Assembly: GCA_045806925.1 (NCBI GenBank)
Contig: JBJMII010000123.1
Location: forward strand, 1,806 to 65,805
Length of the DNA stretch: 64,000 nucleotides
From: Mycobacteriales bacterium
Lineage (GTDB): Bacteria; Actinomycetota; Actinomycetes; Mycobacteriales; CADCTP01
Direction of reading: 5' to 3'
The notes under the pieces were generated by a model. It worked only from the letters and a program-made list of their open reading frames with translations. It searched no databases and was not told where the DNA came from. Numbering within the stretch: the first letter of the stretch is position 1; each line of letters opens with the position of its first letter. Positions 26,972 through 36,234 of this stretch are shown piece after piece. The translations under genes were made by a program, and so were the position numbers.

Positions 26972-27416
26972 CCCCGTCCGTCCCGGTGTGGTGGGCGACG
27001 ATCCGGGACAGCAGCTTCTCCAGCTCGGACCGCTCGCCGGAGTCCAGCGGGGCGAGGACCTCCTCGTTGGCCTCCTCGGCGATCTCGCGCAGCCGGGCGA
27101 CCGCGAGCTGGCCGGCGGCGGTGATCTCCAGCGCGTACCGGCGGCGGTCGGTCGGGTCCCGCCGCCGCTCCAGCAGCCCGGCCCGCTCCAGGATGTCGAC
27201 CAGCGAGACCAGGTCGCTCGGGTCGAGCAGGAGGACCGAGCTGACCTCGCGCTGGGACACCGGCTCGAGCTGGGCCACCGTGTGCAGCACGCCGACGCAG
27301 CCGGGCCGGAAGCCGGCCTCGATCGCCCACTTCTCGCGCGCTATCCGCTCGGCCATCGCCCGCCGGGTCAGCTGGGCGAGCCGGTGCGTGAGCGTGGCGA
27401 CGTCCCGCTCCGGCAT
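26922..27416 (-). CDS. MarR-family transcriptional regulator
   Basis: It has the wHTH region LEPVSQREVSSVLLLDPSDLVSLVDILERAGLLERRRDPTDRRRYAL. Its 3' end overlaps the convergent phosphodiesterase gene by 50 nt. Confidence 0.85.
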   Translation of the reverse strand: MPERDVATLTHRLAQLTRRAMAERIAREKWAIEAGFRPGCVGVLHTVAQLEPVSQREVSSVLLLDPSDLVSLVDILERAGLLERRRDPTDRRRYALEITAAGQLAVARLREIAEEANEEVLAPLDSGERSELEKLLSRIVAHHTGTDGVSRAETAEPARPSAGS

Positions 27417-27467
27417 GCGGACATCATAGGGCTTGACCGGGGGTCTAACCAATGGTGGGATACTCCC

Positions 27468-28451
27468 ATGGATTCGCGACCGCCGGCCGTCGAGGTGACC
27501 GGCCTGCAGAAGCGGTACGGGGAGATCGAGGCGGTCCGTGGCGTCGACTTCCAGGTGCAGGCCGGAGAGACCTTCGGCTTCCTCGGGCCCAACGGGGCCG
27601 GCAAGTCAACCACCATCAACATCCTCTGCACGCTGGCCCGGGCGACCGCGGGCACGGCCCGGGTAGCCGGCCACGACGTGCAGAGCGAGCGGGACGAGGT
27701 GCGCCGCTCCATCGGGCTGGTCTTCCAGGACCCGACGCTGGACGCCGACCTCACCGCCGAGCAGAACCTGCGCTTCCACGCCGAGCTCTACGGCGTGCCC
27801 CGCGCGGTGCTGCACCAGCGGATCGACGACATGCTCCGGATGGTCGGCCTGACCGAGCGGCGCGGGAGCGTCGTGCAGACCTTCTCCGGCGGCATGCGGC
27901 GCCGGCTGGAGATCGCCCGCGGCCTGCTGCACTCGCCCCGGGTGCTCTTCCTCGACGAGCCGACGATCGGGCTGGACCCGCAGAGTCGCGCCTCGGTGTG
28001 GGACTACATCCGGGCGCTGCGCGAGCGCGAGGACATCACCGTCTTCCTCACCACGCATTACATGGACGAGGCGGAGCACTGCGACCGGATCGCGATCATG
28101 GACTCCGGCCGGATCGTCGCGCTGGACACCCCGGAGGCGCTCAAGGCCGGCGTCGGCAAGGACCGGGTGCAGATCACCACCGCCGACGACGAGGCCGCGA
28201 TCGCCGCGCTGCGCAGCCGCTTCGGCATCGAGGCCGGCATGCACTCCGGCGAGGTGACGTTCGCGGTCGCGGACGGGGAGCGCTTCGTGCCGCGGCTGTT
28301 CGATGAGCTGGGGGTGTCCATCCGCTCGGTCCGGGTGGCCAGCCCGAGCCTGGACGACGTCTTCCTCGCCCACACCGGCAACACCATCCGGGACGCGGAG
28401 GCGACCACCGCGGACCGGATCCCTGCCATGTTCCGCGCCGGGAGGCGATGA
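27468..28451 (+). CDS. ABC transporter ATP-binding protein (DrrA/ABC-2 type)
   Basis: It has Walker A GPNGAGKST, the signature SGGMRRRL, and Walker B LFLDEPT. Confidence 0.9.
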   Translation: MDSRPPAVEVTGLQKRYGEIEAVRGVDFQVQAGETFGFLGPNGAGKSTTINILCTLARATAGTARVAGHDVQSERDEVRRSIGLVFQDPTLDADLTAEQNLRFHAELYGVPRAVLHQRIDDMLRMVGLTERRGSVVQTFSGGMRRRLEIARGLLHSPRVLFLDEPTIGLDPQSRASVWDYIRALREREDITVFLTTHYMDEAEHCDRIAIMDSGRIVALDTPEALKAGVGKDRVQITTADDEAAIAALRSRFGIEAGMHSGEVTFAVADGERFVPRLFDELGVSIRSVRVASPSLDDVFLAHTGNTIRDAEATTADRIPAMFRAGRR

Positions 28452-29479
28452 GCGTGACCACCCCGATCCCGGGACCCCCGCCGGCCGCCTCGCCGCCTGC
28501 CGGGCCACCAGCGGCGCGACCGGCTCAGCCGTCCGGTGCCGACGGCTTGGTGCCGGTCCCCGGGGGTGCCACCCCGACCGGTGCTGCCGGCACCGGCACC
28601 GCCGCCGACGTCGCCGCCGCGGTGGCGGCCACTCCGATCGTCCCGGTCCAGCTCGCCGGCTCCGGCCCCCGGCACACGCTGCGGGCGGTCAAGGTGGTCT
28701 GGCAGCGGGAGATGATCCGCTTCGTCCGCGACCGCGGCCGGCTGGTGTCCGGGCTGGCGCAACCGCTGCTGCTGCTCTTCGTGCTCGGTGGCGGCCTGTC
28801 CGGGCTGGTCCGGCCGAGCACCGGCGGCGTCGAGTTCACCACGTTCCTCTTCCCCGGGATCGTGGCCACCTCGACGCTGTTCACCGCGATCTTCGCCGGC
28901 ATCTCGATCGTCTGGGACCGCGAGTTCGGCTTCCTCCGGGAGATGCTGGTCGCGCCGGTGCCGCGGACGGCGATCCTGGTCGGCAAGTGCTTCGGCGGCG
29001 CGACGGTGGCGACCGGGCAGGCGATGATCCTGCTCGCGCTCGCCGGCCTGGTCGGCGTCCCGTACGACCCGGTGATGATCGTGACGCTGGTCGCGCTGCT
29101 CTTCCTCACCGCGCTGGCGATCACCGCGTTCGGGCTGATGATCTCGGCCCGGATCAAGCGCTTCCAGGCGGTCATGCCGATCATGCAGCTGGTGCTGACG
29201 CCGATGATGTTCCTGTCCGGCTCGATGTTCCCGCTGGCCGGGCTCGCCGCCTGGCTCACCGTGCTCACCCGGGTCAACCCGCTGACGTACGCGGTGGAGC
29301 CGATGCGGCACACCGTCTTCAACCAGCTCGACCTCGACCCGGCCGTCCGGGCGATGCTCGACCCGGGGATCAGTTGGGGCAGCTGGGTAGTGCCGGTCTG
29401 GCTGGACGTGCTGGTGGTGGCGGCGCTCGGGCTGGCCATGCTCGGCGTGGCGGCGGCCCAGTTCCGCCGGCCGGACTGA
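28448..29479 (+). CDS. ABC-2 type transporter permease
   Basis: The start overlaps the ATPase stop (ATGA). A Pro/Ala-rich N-terminal extension is followed by six TM helices and an ABC-2 pattern (FLREMLVAPVPR). Confidence 0.85.
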   Translation: MSVTTPIPGPPPAASPPAGPPAARPAQPSGADGLVPVPGGATPTGAAGTGTAADVAAAVAATPIVPVQLAGSGPRHTLRAVKVVWQREMIRFVRDRGRLVSGLAQPLLLLFVLGGGLSGLVRPSTGGVEFTTFLFPGIVATSTLFTAIFAGISIVWDREFGFLREMLVAPVPRTAILVGKCFGGATVATGQAMILLALAGLVGVPYDPVMIVTLVALLFLTALAITAFGLMISARIKRFQAVMPIMQLVLTPMMFLSGSMFPLAGLAAWLTVLTRVNPLTYAVEPMRHTVFNQLDLDPAVRAMLDPGISWGSWVVPVWLDVLVVAALGLAMLGVAAAQFRRPD

Positions 29480-29599
29480 GGCGCTCCGGGCCGCCGGGCG
29501 CCGGCTCGCCGGCACCCGTCTGAGCCGGCAGGGTTGCGGTCCGGCGCCGCTGGGGATATCCACATGGTCTGGCAGCCGTCAAGGAGTGGCGGAAGAGCG

Positions 29600-29995
29600 G
29601 TGCTGCGCATGGTGACGATCACCCACGCTCCATCGAGTGCTGCGCAGGCACGGCGGCAGGTCGGTGCCGATCTCGCCGGCCAGGGGCTGTCCGCGGCGGT
29701 GGTGGACGACGCGCAGCTGGTGGTGAGCGAGCTGATCGGCAACGCGGTGCGGTACGGGCGACCGCTGCCGGGCAACACGCTGCGGGTGTCGTGGGCGGTG
29801 GAGCCGGACTGCCTGGTGCTCAAGGTCACCGACGGCGGCAGCCACCAGTCGCCGCGCTTCCGCGACGCCGGCCCGTCCGACGTGCGCGGCCGCGGCTTGG
29901 CGATCGTCGACGCGCTGGCCCGCAAGTGGGGCGTCGACCGGCACGAGAACGGGGTCGGCCCGATCAGCACGGTCTGGGCCGAGCTCCAGGTCTGA
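29600..29995 (+). CDS. HATPase-like ATP-binding protein (anti-sigma-factor/RsbW-like serine kinase fold)
   Basis: AAGGAG lies 13 nt upstream of the GTG at 29600. The motifs VSELIGNAVRYG and GRGLAIVDALA are N-box and G-box like. Confidence 0.7.
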   Translation: MLRMVTITHAPSSAAQARRQVGADLAGQGLSAAVVDDAQLVVSELIGNAVRYGRPLPGNTLRVSWAVEPDCLVLKVTDGGSHQSPRFRDAGPSDVRGRGLAIVDALARKWGVDRHENGVGPISTVWAELQV

Positions 29996-30000
29996 GCAAC

Positions 30001-30024
30001 CTGACGAGCACCAGGGCTCGTCGG
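30001..30024. terminator. short hairpin between convergent genes
   Basis: GACGAGC (30003-30009) pairs with GCTCGTC (30016-30022) around a 6-nt loop, and the stem can extend by 2 more pairs. Confidence 0.4.
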
Positions 30025-30069
30025 CCGTGAGCCGCCGGCTGAGGCGTGCGCCGGCAGGTGGTCCCCGTA

Positions 30070-30621
30070 TCAGCGCAGCAGCATGCCGTATTCGGACACC
30101 ACCCGGGCCAGCGCGGTCGCTGACGTCCGGGCCAGCTCATCCTCGCCGAAGCGCTCGTCCCCGGTCACCTCCGCCACCGCGTAGACCGGCGCCGGGAAGC
30201 GGGCCACCTCCGCCGCCGAGCCGAAAGCCGCCTGCGCCAGCACCAGGCCGGACAGCTCGCCGGCGAACACGTCCACCCCGCACGGCCAGCCGGCGAGCCG
30301 GACCGGGTAGCGCCGCCAGACCAGCACGCCGGCAGGCAGCCGGCGCAGCGCCGCGTAGGTCTCCGGCCGGAGCGGCTCGGCCAGGGTGACCCGGACGGTC
30401 CGGTCCGAGGCGGCCCGCACCCGCTGGACCAGGGTGAGCTCCGGCCGCGCGCCCATCGCCGGCCCGATCGGGGACACGGCGCGGCGCAGCGCGAGCCCGG
30501 TGCCGGCCAGGTAGCGCTCCTCGACCAGCCAGGCGGTGCCGGCGGCGAGCGCCCGCGGCAGGGCAGGGAGCAGGAAGCGGCGTTCGAGCCGCAGGCCGTC
30601 CCCCGTGCAGACGAGCGTCAC
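30070..30621 (-). CDS. CYTH-like domain protein with degenerate catalytic motifs
   Basis: This 183-aa frame has LERRFLL (versus the canonical EIERKFL), [24 protein letters not shown] (versus ..AEVEF) and [23 protein letters not shown]. Its GTG overlaps the arcA stop (GTGA at 30618-30621). Confidence 0.6.
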   Translation of the reverse strand: MTLVCTGDGLRLERRFLLPALPRALAAGTAWLVEERYLAGTGLALRRAVSPIGPAMGARPELTLVQRVRAASDRTVRVTLAEPLRPETYAALRRLPAGVLVWRRYPVRLAGWPCGVDVFAGELSGLVLAQAAFGSAAEVARFPAPVYAVAEVTGDERFGEDELARTSATALARVVSEYGMLLR

Positions 30622-31835
30622 CCGCCCGCCGGCGGGGTCCCGGCGGCGGGCAGCGGGTCCCGGACGACGGGACAGGACATGCACCGCGGGCCGCCGCGGC
30701 CACTGCCCAGCTCGCTGCCGGCGATCCGGATGACCTCGATGCCGGCCTCCTCCAGCCGCGCGTTGGTCTCCGTGTTCCGCTCGTACGCCATCGCCAGCCG
30801 GGGCGCCACGCACAGCGTGTTGTTGCCGTCGTCCCACTGCTCGCGCTCGGCGATCACCGGGTCCAGCCCGGTGCCGATCACCCGGATCCGGTCCAGCCCG
30901 AGCGCCCGTGCGCCGGCCGCCAGGAACGGCTCCGGCTCGCCCACCACGAGCTCGCCGTCGGAGCCCGCCGTGACCGGGTACGCCTGCGTGTTGGCGACCG
31001 GTGGGTAGAGCGTCACCGCGTCGACGTCGACCATCGTGCAGATGGTGTCCAGGTGCATGGTCGCCCGCTCCTGCCGGATCGGGATGACCAGGACGGTGTG
31101 CGCCAGGCCCTCGGCGAAGACCCGCCGGGCCAGCGTCTCCACGCCGGCGGGAGTGGTCCGCTGCCCGGTGCCGACGGCCAGCACGCCCGGGCCGAGCAGG
31201 AGCACGTCGCCGCCCTCCAGCCACTCGGCGTTCGGCTCGTAGAGCGACCCGGTGCCGGCGAAGCGCGGGTGGGCGAGGTAGATCGCCCGCAGCACGGTGG
31301 CCTCGCGCTGGCGGGCCGGCATGGACGGGCTGGTGACCGCCACCTCGCCGCGGATCCACACGCTGGAGTCGCGGGTGAACAGCAGGTTGGGCAGCGGGTC
31401 GACGACGAAGTCGTGCTCGTCCATCAGCCGGTGGGTAAGCCCGCGGCCGGTCTTCAGCTCGCGCTGGGTGAGGCCGGCCATCAGCACTCCGGCGAGGTCG
31501 GCCGGGTGCAGGTCGGCCAGGTGCAGCCCGACGACCGAGCGCAGCGTCGGCCCCAGCCGGGGGTCGTGCAGCACCGCGTCGATGGTCAGCTCGCGGGCGA
31601 CCGGCTCCTGCAGCGCGCGCTCGAGCAGGTCGGCGAGGTAGAGCACCTCGACGCCGTGGTCGCGCAGCGCCTGGGCGAAGCCGTCATGCTCCGCCTGGGC
31701 GCGGTCCACCCACGGGATCCCGTCGAAGAGCAGCTGGTCGTTGTTGCGCGGAGTGAGGCGCTTGAGCTCCGCGCCGGGGCGGTGCAGCAGGACCGTGCGC
31801 AGCCGGCCCACCTCGCTGTCGACGTAGCCGGTCAC
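30618..31835 (-). CDS. arcA: arginine deiminase
   Basis: The 405-aa protein begins [18 protein letters not shown], includes FTRDSS and HLDT, and ends with the catalytic Cys region [10 protein letters not shown]. Confidence 0.92.
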   Translation of the reverse strand: MTGYVDSEVGRLRTVLLHRPGAELKRLTPRNNDQLLFDGIPWVDRAQAEHDGFAQALRDHGVEVLYLADLLERALQEPVARELTIDAVLHDPRLGPTLRSVVGLHLADLHPADLAGVLMAGLTQRELKTGRGLTHRLMDEHDFVVDPLPNLLFTRDSSVWIRGEVAVTSPSMPARQREATVLRAIYLAHPRFAGTGSLYEPNAEWLEGGDVLLLGPGVLAVGTGQRTTPAGVETLARRVFAEGLAHTVLVIPIRQERATMHLDTICTMVDVDAVTLYPPVANTQAYPVTAGSDGELVVGEPEPFLAAGARALGLDRIRVIGTGLDPVIAEREQWDDGNNTLCVAPRLAMAYERNTETNARLEEAGIEVIRIAGSELGSGRGGPRCMSCPVVRDPLPAAGTPPAGG

Positions 31836-31899
31836 GGCGGCACTCTAGCGTTGCGGCGCGACGTCCCGGCGTCCACTACCGGGCGGTAGGTTCGCGGGC

Positions 31900-32802
31900 A
31901 TGGGACTGCTGGACGGCAAGGTGGTCGTGGTGACCGGCGCCGGGCGCGGGATCGGCCGCGGTGAGGCGATCGAGTGCGCCCGGCAGGGCGCCGCGGTCGT
32001 GCTCAACGAGTACGACCCGGCGGTGGGCGCCGACGTCGTCGCCGAGATCGAGGCGGCCGGCGGCTCGGCGGTGCTGGTGGAGGGCGACGTCTCGGACGTC
32101 GAGGTGGCCGATCGGCTGATCGCGACCACACTGGAGTCGTACGGGCGGCTGGACGGGCTGGTCAACAACGCCGGCGTGCTGCGCGACCGCACGCTGCTGA
32201 AGATGACGCCGGAGGAGTGGGACACCGTCATCCGGGTGCACCTGCGCGGCCACTACGCGCCGACGCACGCCGCGGTCGGGCACTGGAAGGCCGCCGGCGG
32301 TCCCGGTCACATCGTCTGCACCGCGTCCACCTCCGGCCTGCTCGGCAACTTCGGGCAGGCCAACTACGGCGCCGCGAAGGCCGGCATCGCCGCCTTGGCG
32401 ACCATCGTCGCGATGGAGACGGCCCGGCTCGGGGTGACCTGCAACGCCATCGCACCGGCCGCGCGCACCCGGATGACCGAGGGGGCGTACGGGCCGATCC
32501 CCGGCGGCGCCGGCGGCGACGGCTTCGACTTCTGGCACCCGGACAACGTGGCGCCGCTGGTCGCCTTCCTGGTCAGCGACGCCGCCGCGCACATCAGCGG
32601 CAAGGTCTTCGGGGTGCAGGGCGACGCGGTCGAGCTCTACCGGCCGTGGACGTCCGCCGCGGCGGTGGAGAACGGCGGGTCCCGTTGGGATCCCGCGGTG
32701 CTGGCGGGGCGGGTGGACGAGCTCTTCGCCGCGGCCGACATCGTGCCGGGTGCGGAGAACATGATGGCGAAGCTGCGCTACACCATGACCGAACGCGGCT
32801 GA
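31900..32802 (+). CDS. SDR-family oxidoreductase
   Basis: It has the Rossmann motif VTGAGRGIGRG, NNAG, and the catalytic YGAAK. Confidence 0.9.
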   Translation: MGLLDGKVVVVTGAGRGIGRGEAIECARQGAAVVLNEYDPAVGADVVAEIEAAGGSAVLVEGDVSDVEVADRLIATTLESYGRLDGLVNNAGVLRDRTLLKMTPEEWDTVIRVHLRGHYAPTHAAVGHWKAAGGPGHIVCTASTSGLLGNFGQANYGAAKAGIAALATIVAMETARLGVTCNAIAPAARTRMTEGAYGPIPGGAGGDGFDFWHPDNVAPLVAFLVSDAAAHISGKVFGVQGDAVELYRPWTSAAAVENGGSRWDPAVLAGRVDELFAAADIVPGAENMMAKLRYTMTERG

Positions 32803-32864
32803 GCCCTGGCCGCCGGATGCCTGCTCCGGCCGTATCGTCCCGTCCGCGCGGGTATTCTCACCCG

Positions 32865-32936
32865 ATGTCCCGCGCCGCCGATCCCGAGCCGACGATGTTC
32901 AGGTATCACGGTCCAGGTATCACGGTCCCGGTATGA
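32865..32936 (+). CDS. possible leaderless 23-codon upstream ORF (MSRAADPEPTMFRYHGPGITVPV)
   Basis: The ATG at 32865 has TATTCT at -12..-7 and no SD. Its TGA overlaps the ATG of the next gene (ATGA at 32933-32936). GC3 is weak in its 3' half, which consists of 14-bp DNA repeats, so coding status is doubtful. Confidence 0.25.
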   Translation: MSRAADPEPTMFRYHGPGITVPV

Positions 32937-32941
32937 CGATG
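32900..32941. repeat. 14-bp tandem repeat, 2 perfect copies plus one 10/14 copy
   Basis: CAGGTATCACGGTC appears twice (32900-32927), followed by CCGGTATGACGATG (32928-32941). GACGATG also flanks the array on the left (32891-32897). Confidence 0.9.
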
Positions 32942-34219
32942 CCCAGGCACGCGGACGACGACCTGCTCGCCCTTGCGCACGTGGCGCCGGCCTGGTCCGT
33001 GACCGATGCGGTGGACGCCGCCCTGGCCGACCCGGACCGCGCCGTGGACATGCTGCTGCGGCACCGCGTGGTCACCGCCGGCGAGCTGCGGCTGCGCGGG
33101 CGGGTGCCCGGGGTCAGCGAGTGGGCCGATCGCTACGCGCTGCTCCGCAAGCTGCTCGTCGAGTCGTGGGCGGAGCTCGGAGCGGGGGTCGCCCAGCTGG
33201 GCCTGGCGGTGGCCGGCATCAAGGGCCTGGCCACCCGCGGGCTCTACCGGGACGGCAGCATCCGGGACGTCGGCGACCTCGACGTGCTGGTCGACGATGT
33301 CGACGAGGCGTGGCGGCTCGCCGGCTGGCTGCGCAGCCGCGGCTACGACTGGTATCCGGAGGAGCTGCCCTGGCTCAAGCGGGACGCCGCGACCGGCCTG
33401 GTGTACGGGCAGGTGGCCGTCCGCAGGTACGTCGGGCCGGTGCCGCTGCGGGTGGACGTGCACTTCGCCGGCTACTCGGTGCGGCACTGCCGGCTGGCGC
33501 CCTGTCCGCTCTCCGGCACCGGGCTGCACCTCTGGGAGCCGGCGGAGAACCTGCCGCTGCTGCTGGGCAACGCGGCCGGCGACTACGTGATCCGGCTCAA
33601 GGACATCAACGACATCACGCTGATGCTGGAGGCCGAGCCCCGGCTGGCCTGGGAGCCGGCGCTGGGCCGGGTCCGCGCGGTCGGCCTGGACCGCTTCTGG
33701 AACGCGGTGCTGGACCAGGTGCTGCGCACCTCCGAGCTGTCCGGCCGGGCCCGCGCGCTGGCCGGCGAGCTGCGCTTCCCGGGCGTACGGCCGGAGCGGG
33801 TGCCGCTCGGCGAGAAGGACTGGTCCCGGCGCTGCCGGGCGACCGCGGTGGACGCCTTCCGGTCGGGCTCCGGCCCGGTGCGGAAGGTGCGGCGGGCGTG
33901 CGGAGCCTGGCGCTACTACCGGCGCCCGCTGCAGCTGCGGGTCACCGACCGCTGCCGGCACGGGCGGGCCGACGCCGGGCTGCTCGAGCACCTGCGCAAC
34001 GACGTCTGCGTGCGGCTGGTGCCGACCCGGATGGTCCGGGAGCGCTCCGGCACGGCCGCCGCGGTGCGGCTGGAGCCGGGCTCCGGATCGCTGGTCCCGG
34101 GAACGCGGACGCTGCGGCAGCGGGTGCTGGACGGGCACAGCTACGCGCTGATCGGCGGCGAGACCTTCGCCACCACGGTGTTCTACGACCTGTGCGCCGC
34201 CCAGGGCGGGTACGACTGA
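32933..34219 (+). CDS. uncharacterised nucleotidyltransferase (NTP_transf_5-like, Pol-beta fold)
   Basis: The segment IKGLATRGLYRDGSIRDVGDLDVLVDD plus a downstream VDVHF gives the GS-x(n)-DxD ... D pattern. The C-terminal ~230 aa match no family I can name. An alternative ATG is at 32939. Confidence 0.7.
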   Translation: MTMPRHADDDLLALAHVAPAWSVTDAVDAALADPDRAVDMLLRHRVVTAGELRLRGRVPGVSEWADRYALLRKLLVESWAELGAGVAQLGLAVAGIKGLATRGLYRDGSIRDVGDLDVLVDDVDEAWRLAGWLRSRGYDWYPEELPWLKRDAATGLVYGQVAVRRYVGPVPLRVDVHFAGYSVRHCRLAPCPLSGTGLHLWEPAENLPLLLGNAAGDYVIRLKDINDITLMLEAEPRLAWEPALGRVRAVGLDRFWNAVLDQVLRTSELSGRARALAGELRFPGVRPERVPLGEKDWSRRCRATAVDAFRSGSGPVRKVRRACGAWRYYRRPLQLRVTDRCRHGRADAGLLEHLRNDVCVRLVPTRMVRERSGTAAAVRLEPGSGSLVPGTRTLRQRVLDGHSYALIGGETFATTVFYDLCAAQGGYD

Positions 34220-34247
34220 GCGGTCCGCAGTGCGGTACGACTGACGC

Positions 34248-34670
34248 GTGGCGGAGCGACGCGACCCGGGGCGGGCCGTGCTGTCCCGGCTCGAGCTGGA
34301 GGTGCGCCGGGACCACCCGATGACGCACGAGGAGCTCACCGCGGTGCGGGAGGCGGTCCGGGGCGGACGGGCCGCCCCCGAGCCGCTGCGCGCGCCGGCC
34401 CGGGCCCTCGCCGCGGCGACGCTGCGCTCCTCCGACCGGGGCGTCGCGCACCCTTGGCTGGTGTACGGGCTGCTCGTGCTCGCGCTGGTCAACGCCGGCC
34501 GGGCGGTTCGGGACGGGCATGCGCCGTGGGCGATCCCGATGGCGGTGCTCTACGCGGTGCTGGGCGGGGCCGCCTGGATCGGGCGGCGGGTGCGGCAGCG
34601 GCGGGCGGCGGCCGCGCTGGCGGCCAACTCGGCCACCGGCTTCCCCGACGCGGATCCGGCGAACGGCTGA
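34248..34670 (+). CDS. hypothetical small membrane protein (2 TM)
   Basis: The frame has very high GC3. The two predicted TM helices are HPWLVYGLLVLALVNAG and WAIPMAVLYAVLGGAAWIG. The start is uncertain (GTG 34248 or ATG 34320). Confidence 0.45.
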   Translation: MAERRDPGRAVLSRLELEVRRDHPMTHEELTAVREAVRGGRAAPEPLRAPARALAAATLRSSDRGVAHPWLVYGLLVLALVNAGRAVRDGHAPWAIPMAVLYAVLGGAAWIGRRVRQRRAAAALAANSATGFPDADPANG

Positions 34671-34750
34671 CCGGCCGGAGCCACCGGCGGGCGCGGTGCG
34701 CGAACGGGTGGACGGGCCAGCCCCGGAGCCGGCGGTGGCAGGATGACCGC

Positions 34751-36193
34751 ATGGTCAGCGCCGACCCCGCGCCCCGGACCGCGTCCACCCCGCGCCCGGT
34801 CCCCACCAGCGCGTCGTACTCCATCACCGTCCGGCTGCTGGCCGACCCCGAACCCGAGGTGGTCGGCCGGATCGCCACCGCGGTCGGCGCCGCCGGCGGC
34901 GTGGTGACCGCGATCGACGTCGCCGAGTCCCGGCACGACCGCATCACCGTCGACGTCACCTGCTCCGCGGTCAACGGCGAGCACGCGGACGAGGTCGTCG
35001 CCGCCCTCGGCCAGGTCGACGGAGTGACCGTCCGCAAGGTCAGCGACCGGACCTTCCTGCTGCACCTCGGCGGCAAGCTGGAGACGCAGTCGAAGGTGCC
35101 GCTGCGCACCCGGGACGACCTGTCGATGGCGTACACGCCGGGCGTGGCCCGCATCTGCCAGGCGCTGGCCAGCAACCCGGATGACGTCCGGCGGCTGACC
35201 CTGAAGGGCAACAGCGTCGCCGTGGTGACCGACGGCACCGCGGTGCTCGGCCTCGGCGACCTCGGTCCGGGGGCGGCGCTGCCGGTGATGGAGGGCAAGG
35301 CGGTGCTCTTCAAGCGGTTCGCCGGGATCGACGCTTGGCCGATCTGCCTGGACACCCGGGACGTGGACGAGATCGTCGAGGTGGTCCGGTGCATAGCGCC
35401 CGGCTTCGGCGGCATCAACCTGGAGGACATCAGCGCGCCGCGCTGCTTCGAGGTGGAGCGCCGGCTGCGCGAGCTGCTCGACATCCCGGTCTTCCACGAC
35501 GACCAGCACGGCACCGCGATCGTCGTGCTGGCCGCGCTGACCAACGCGCTGCGCTGTGTCCACAAGCGGCTCGAGGACGTCCGGCTGGTGGTCGCCGGCG
35601 CCGGCGCGGCCGGTACCGCGGTGGTCGACCTGCTGCTCGCCGCCGGGGCGCGGGACCTGCTGGTGTGGGACCGGGAGGGCATCCTGTCGCCGGCCGACCC
35701 CCGGCTGACCGGCGCGAAGCGGCGGCTGGCGGAGGCCACCAACCGGGCCGGCGTGACCGGTGAGCTGGCCGACGCGATGACCGGGGCGGACGTGGTGATC
35801 GGCGTGTCCGCGGCCGGCGTCATCGACCCGGCGTGGCTGGAGCTGATGACCCCGGAGCCGATCGTCTTCGCGCTGGCCAACCCGGACCCCGAGGTCGACG
35901 TGGGCGCGGCCCGCAAGGTGGCCGCGGTGATCGCCACCGGCCGCAGCGACTACCCGAACCAGATCAACAACGTGCTCGCCTTCCCCGGGGTGTTCCGCGG
36001 CCTGCTGGACGCTCGCGCTCGGCACATCACCACCCCGATGCTGCTGCGCGCGGCCGGGGCGCTGGCCGCGGTGGTCACCGACGAGCAGCTCAACCCCTCG
36101 TACGTGGTGCCCAGCGTCTTCGACCCGCAGGTCCCGACGGCGGTGGCCGCCGCGGTCGCCGCTGCGGCGCAGGCCTCCGCCGAGTCCGTGTGA
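34751..36193 (+). CDS. NAD(P)-dependent malic enzyme with N-terminal ACT-like domain
   Basis: It has [46 protein letters not shown] and [11 protein letters not shown]. Confidence 0.9.
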   Translation: MVSADPAPRTASTPRPVPTSASYSITVRLLADPEPEVVGRIATAVGAAGGVVTAIDVAESRHDRITVDVTCSAVNGEHADEVVAALGQVDGVTVRKVSDRTFLLHLGGKLETQSKVPLRTRDDLSMAYTPGVARICQALASNPDDVRRLTLKGNSVAVVTDGTAVLGLGDLGPGAALPVMEGKAVLFKRFAGIDAWPICLDTRDVDEIVEVVRCIAPGFGGINLEDISAPRCFEVERRLRELLDIPVFHDDQHGTAIVVLAALTNALRCVHKRLEDVRLVVAGAGAAGTAVVDLLLAAGARDLLVWDREGILSPADPRLTGAKRRLAEATNRAGVTGELADAMTGADVVIGVSAAGVIDPAWLELMTPEPIVFALANPDPEVDVGAARKVAAVIATGRSDYPNQINNVLAFPGVFRGLLDARARHITTPMLLRAAGALAAVVTDEQLNPSYVVPSVFDPQVPTAVAAAVAAAAQASAESV

Positions 36194-36234
36194 GCAACTG
36201 CCGCCCGAGCGGCAGCTACCCGCACGGACCCCGG

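Noticed and set aside
34209-34244. The 11-bp direct repeat GGTACGACTGA occurs twice, 25 bp apart. The first copy contains the stop codon of the nucleotidyltransferase gene.
   Set aside because: It is probably a small duplication scar. It is too short to support any functional claim, so it is mentioned only for completeness.
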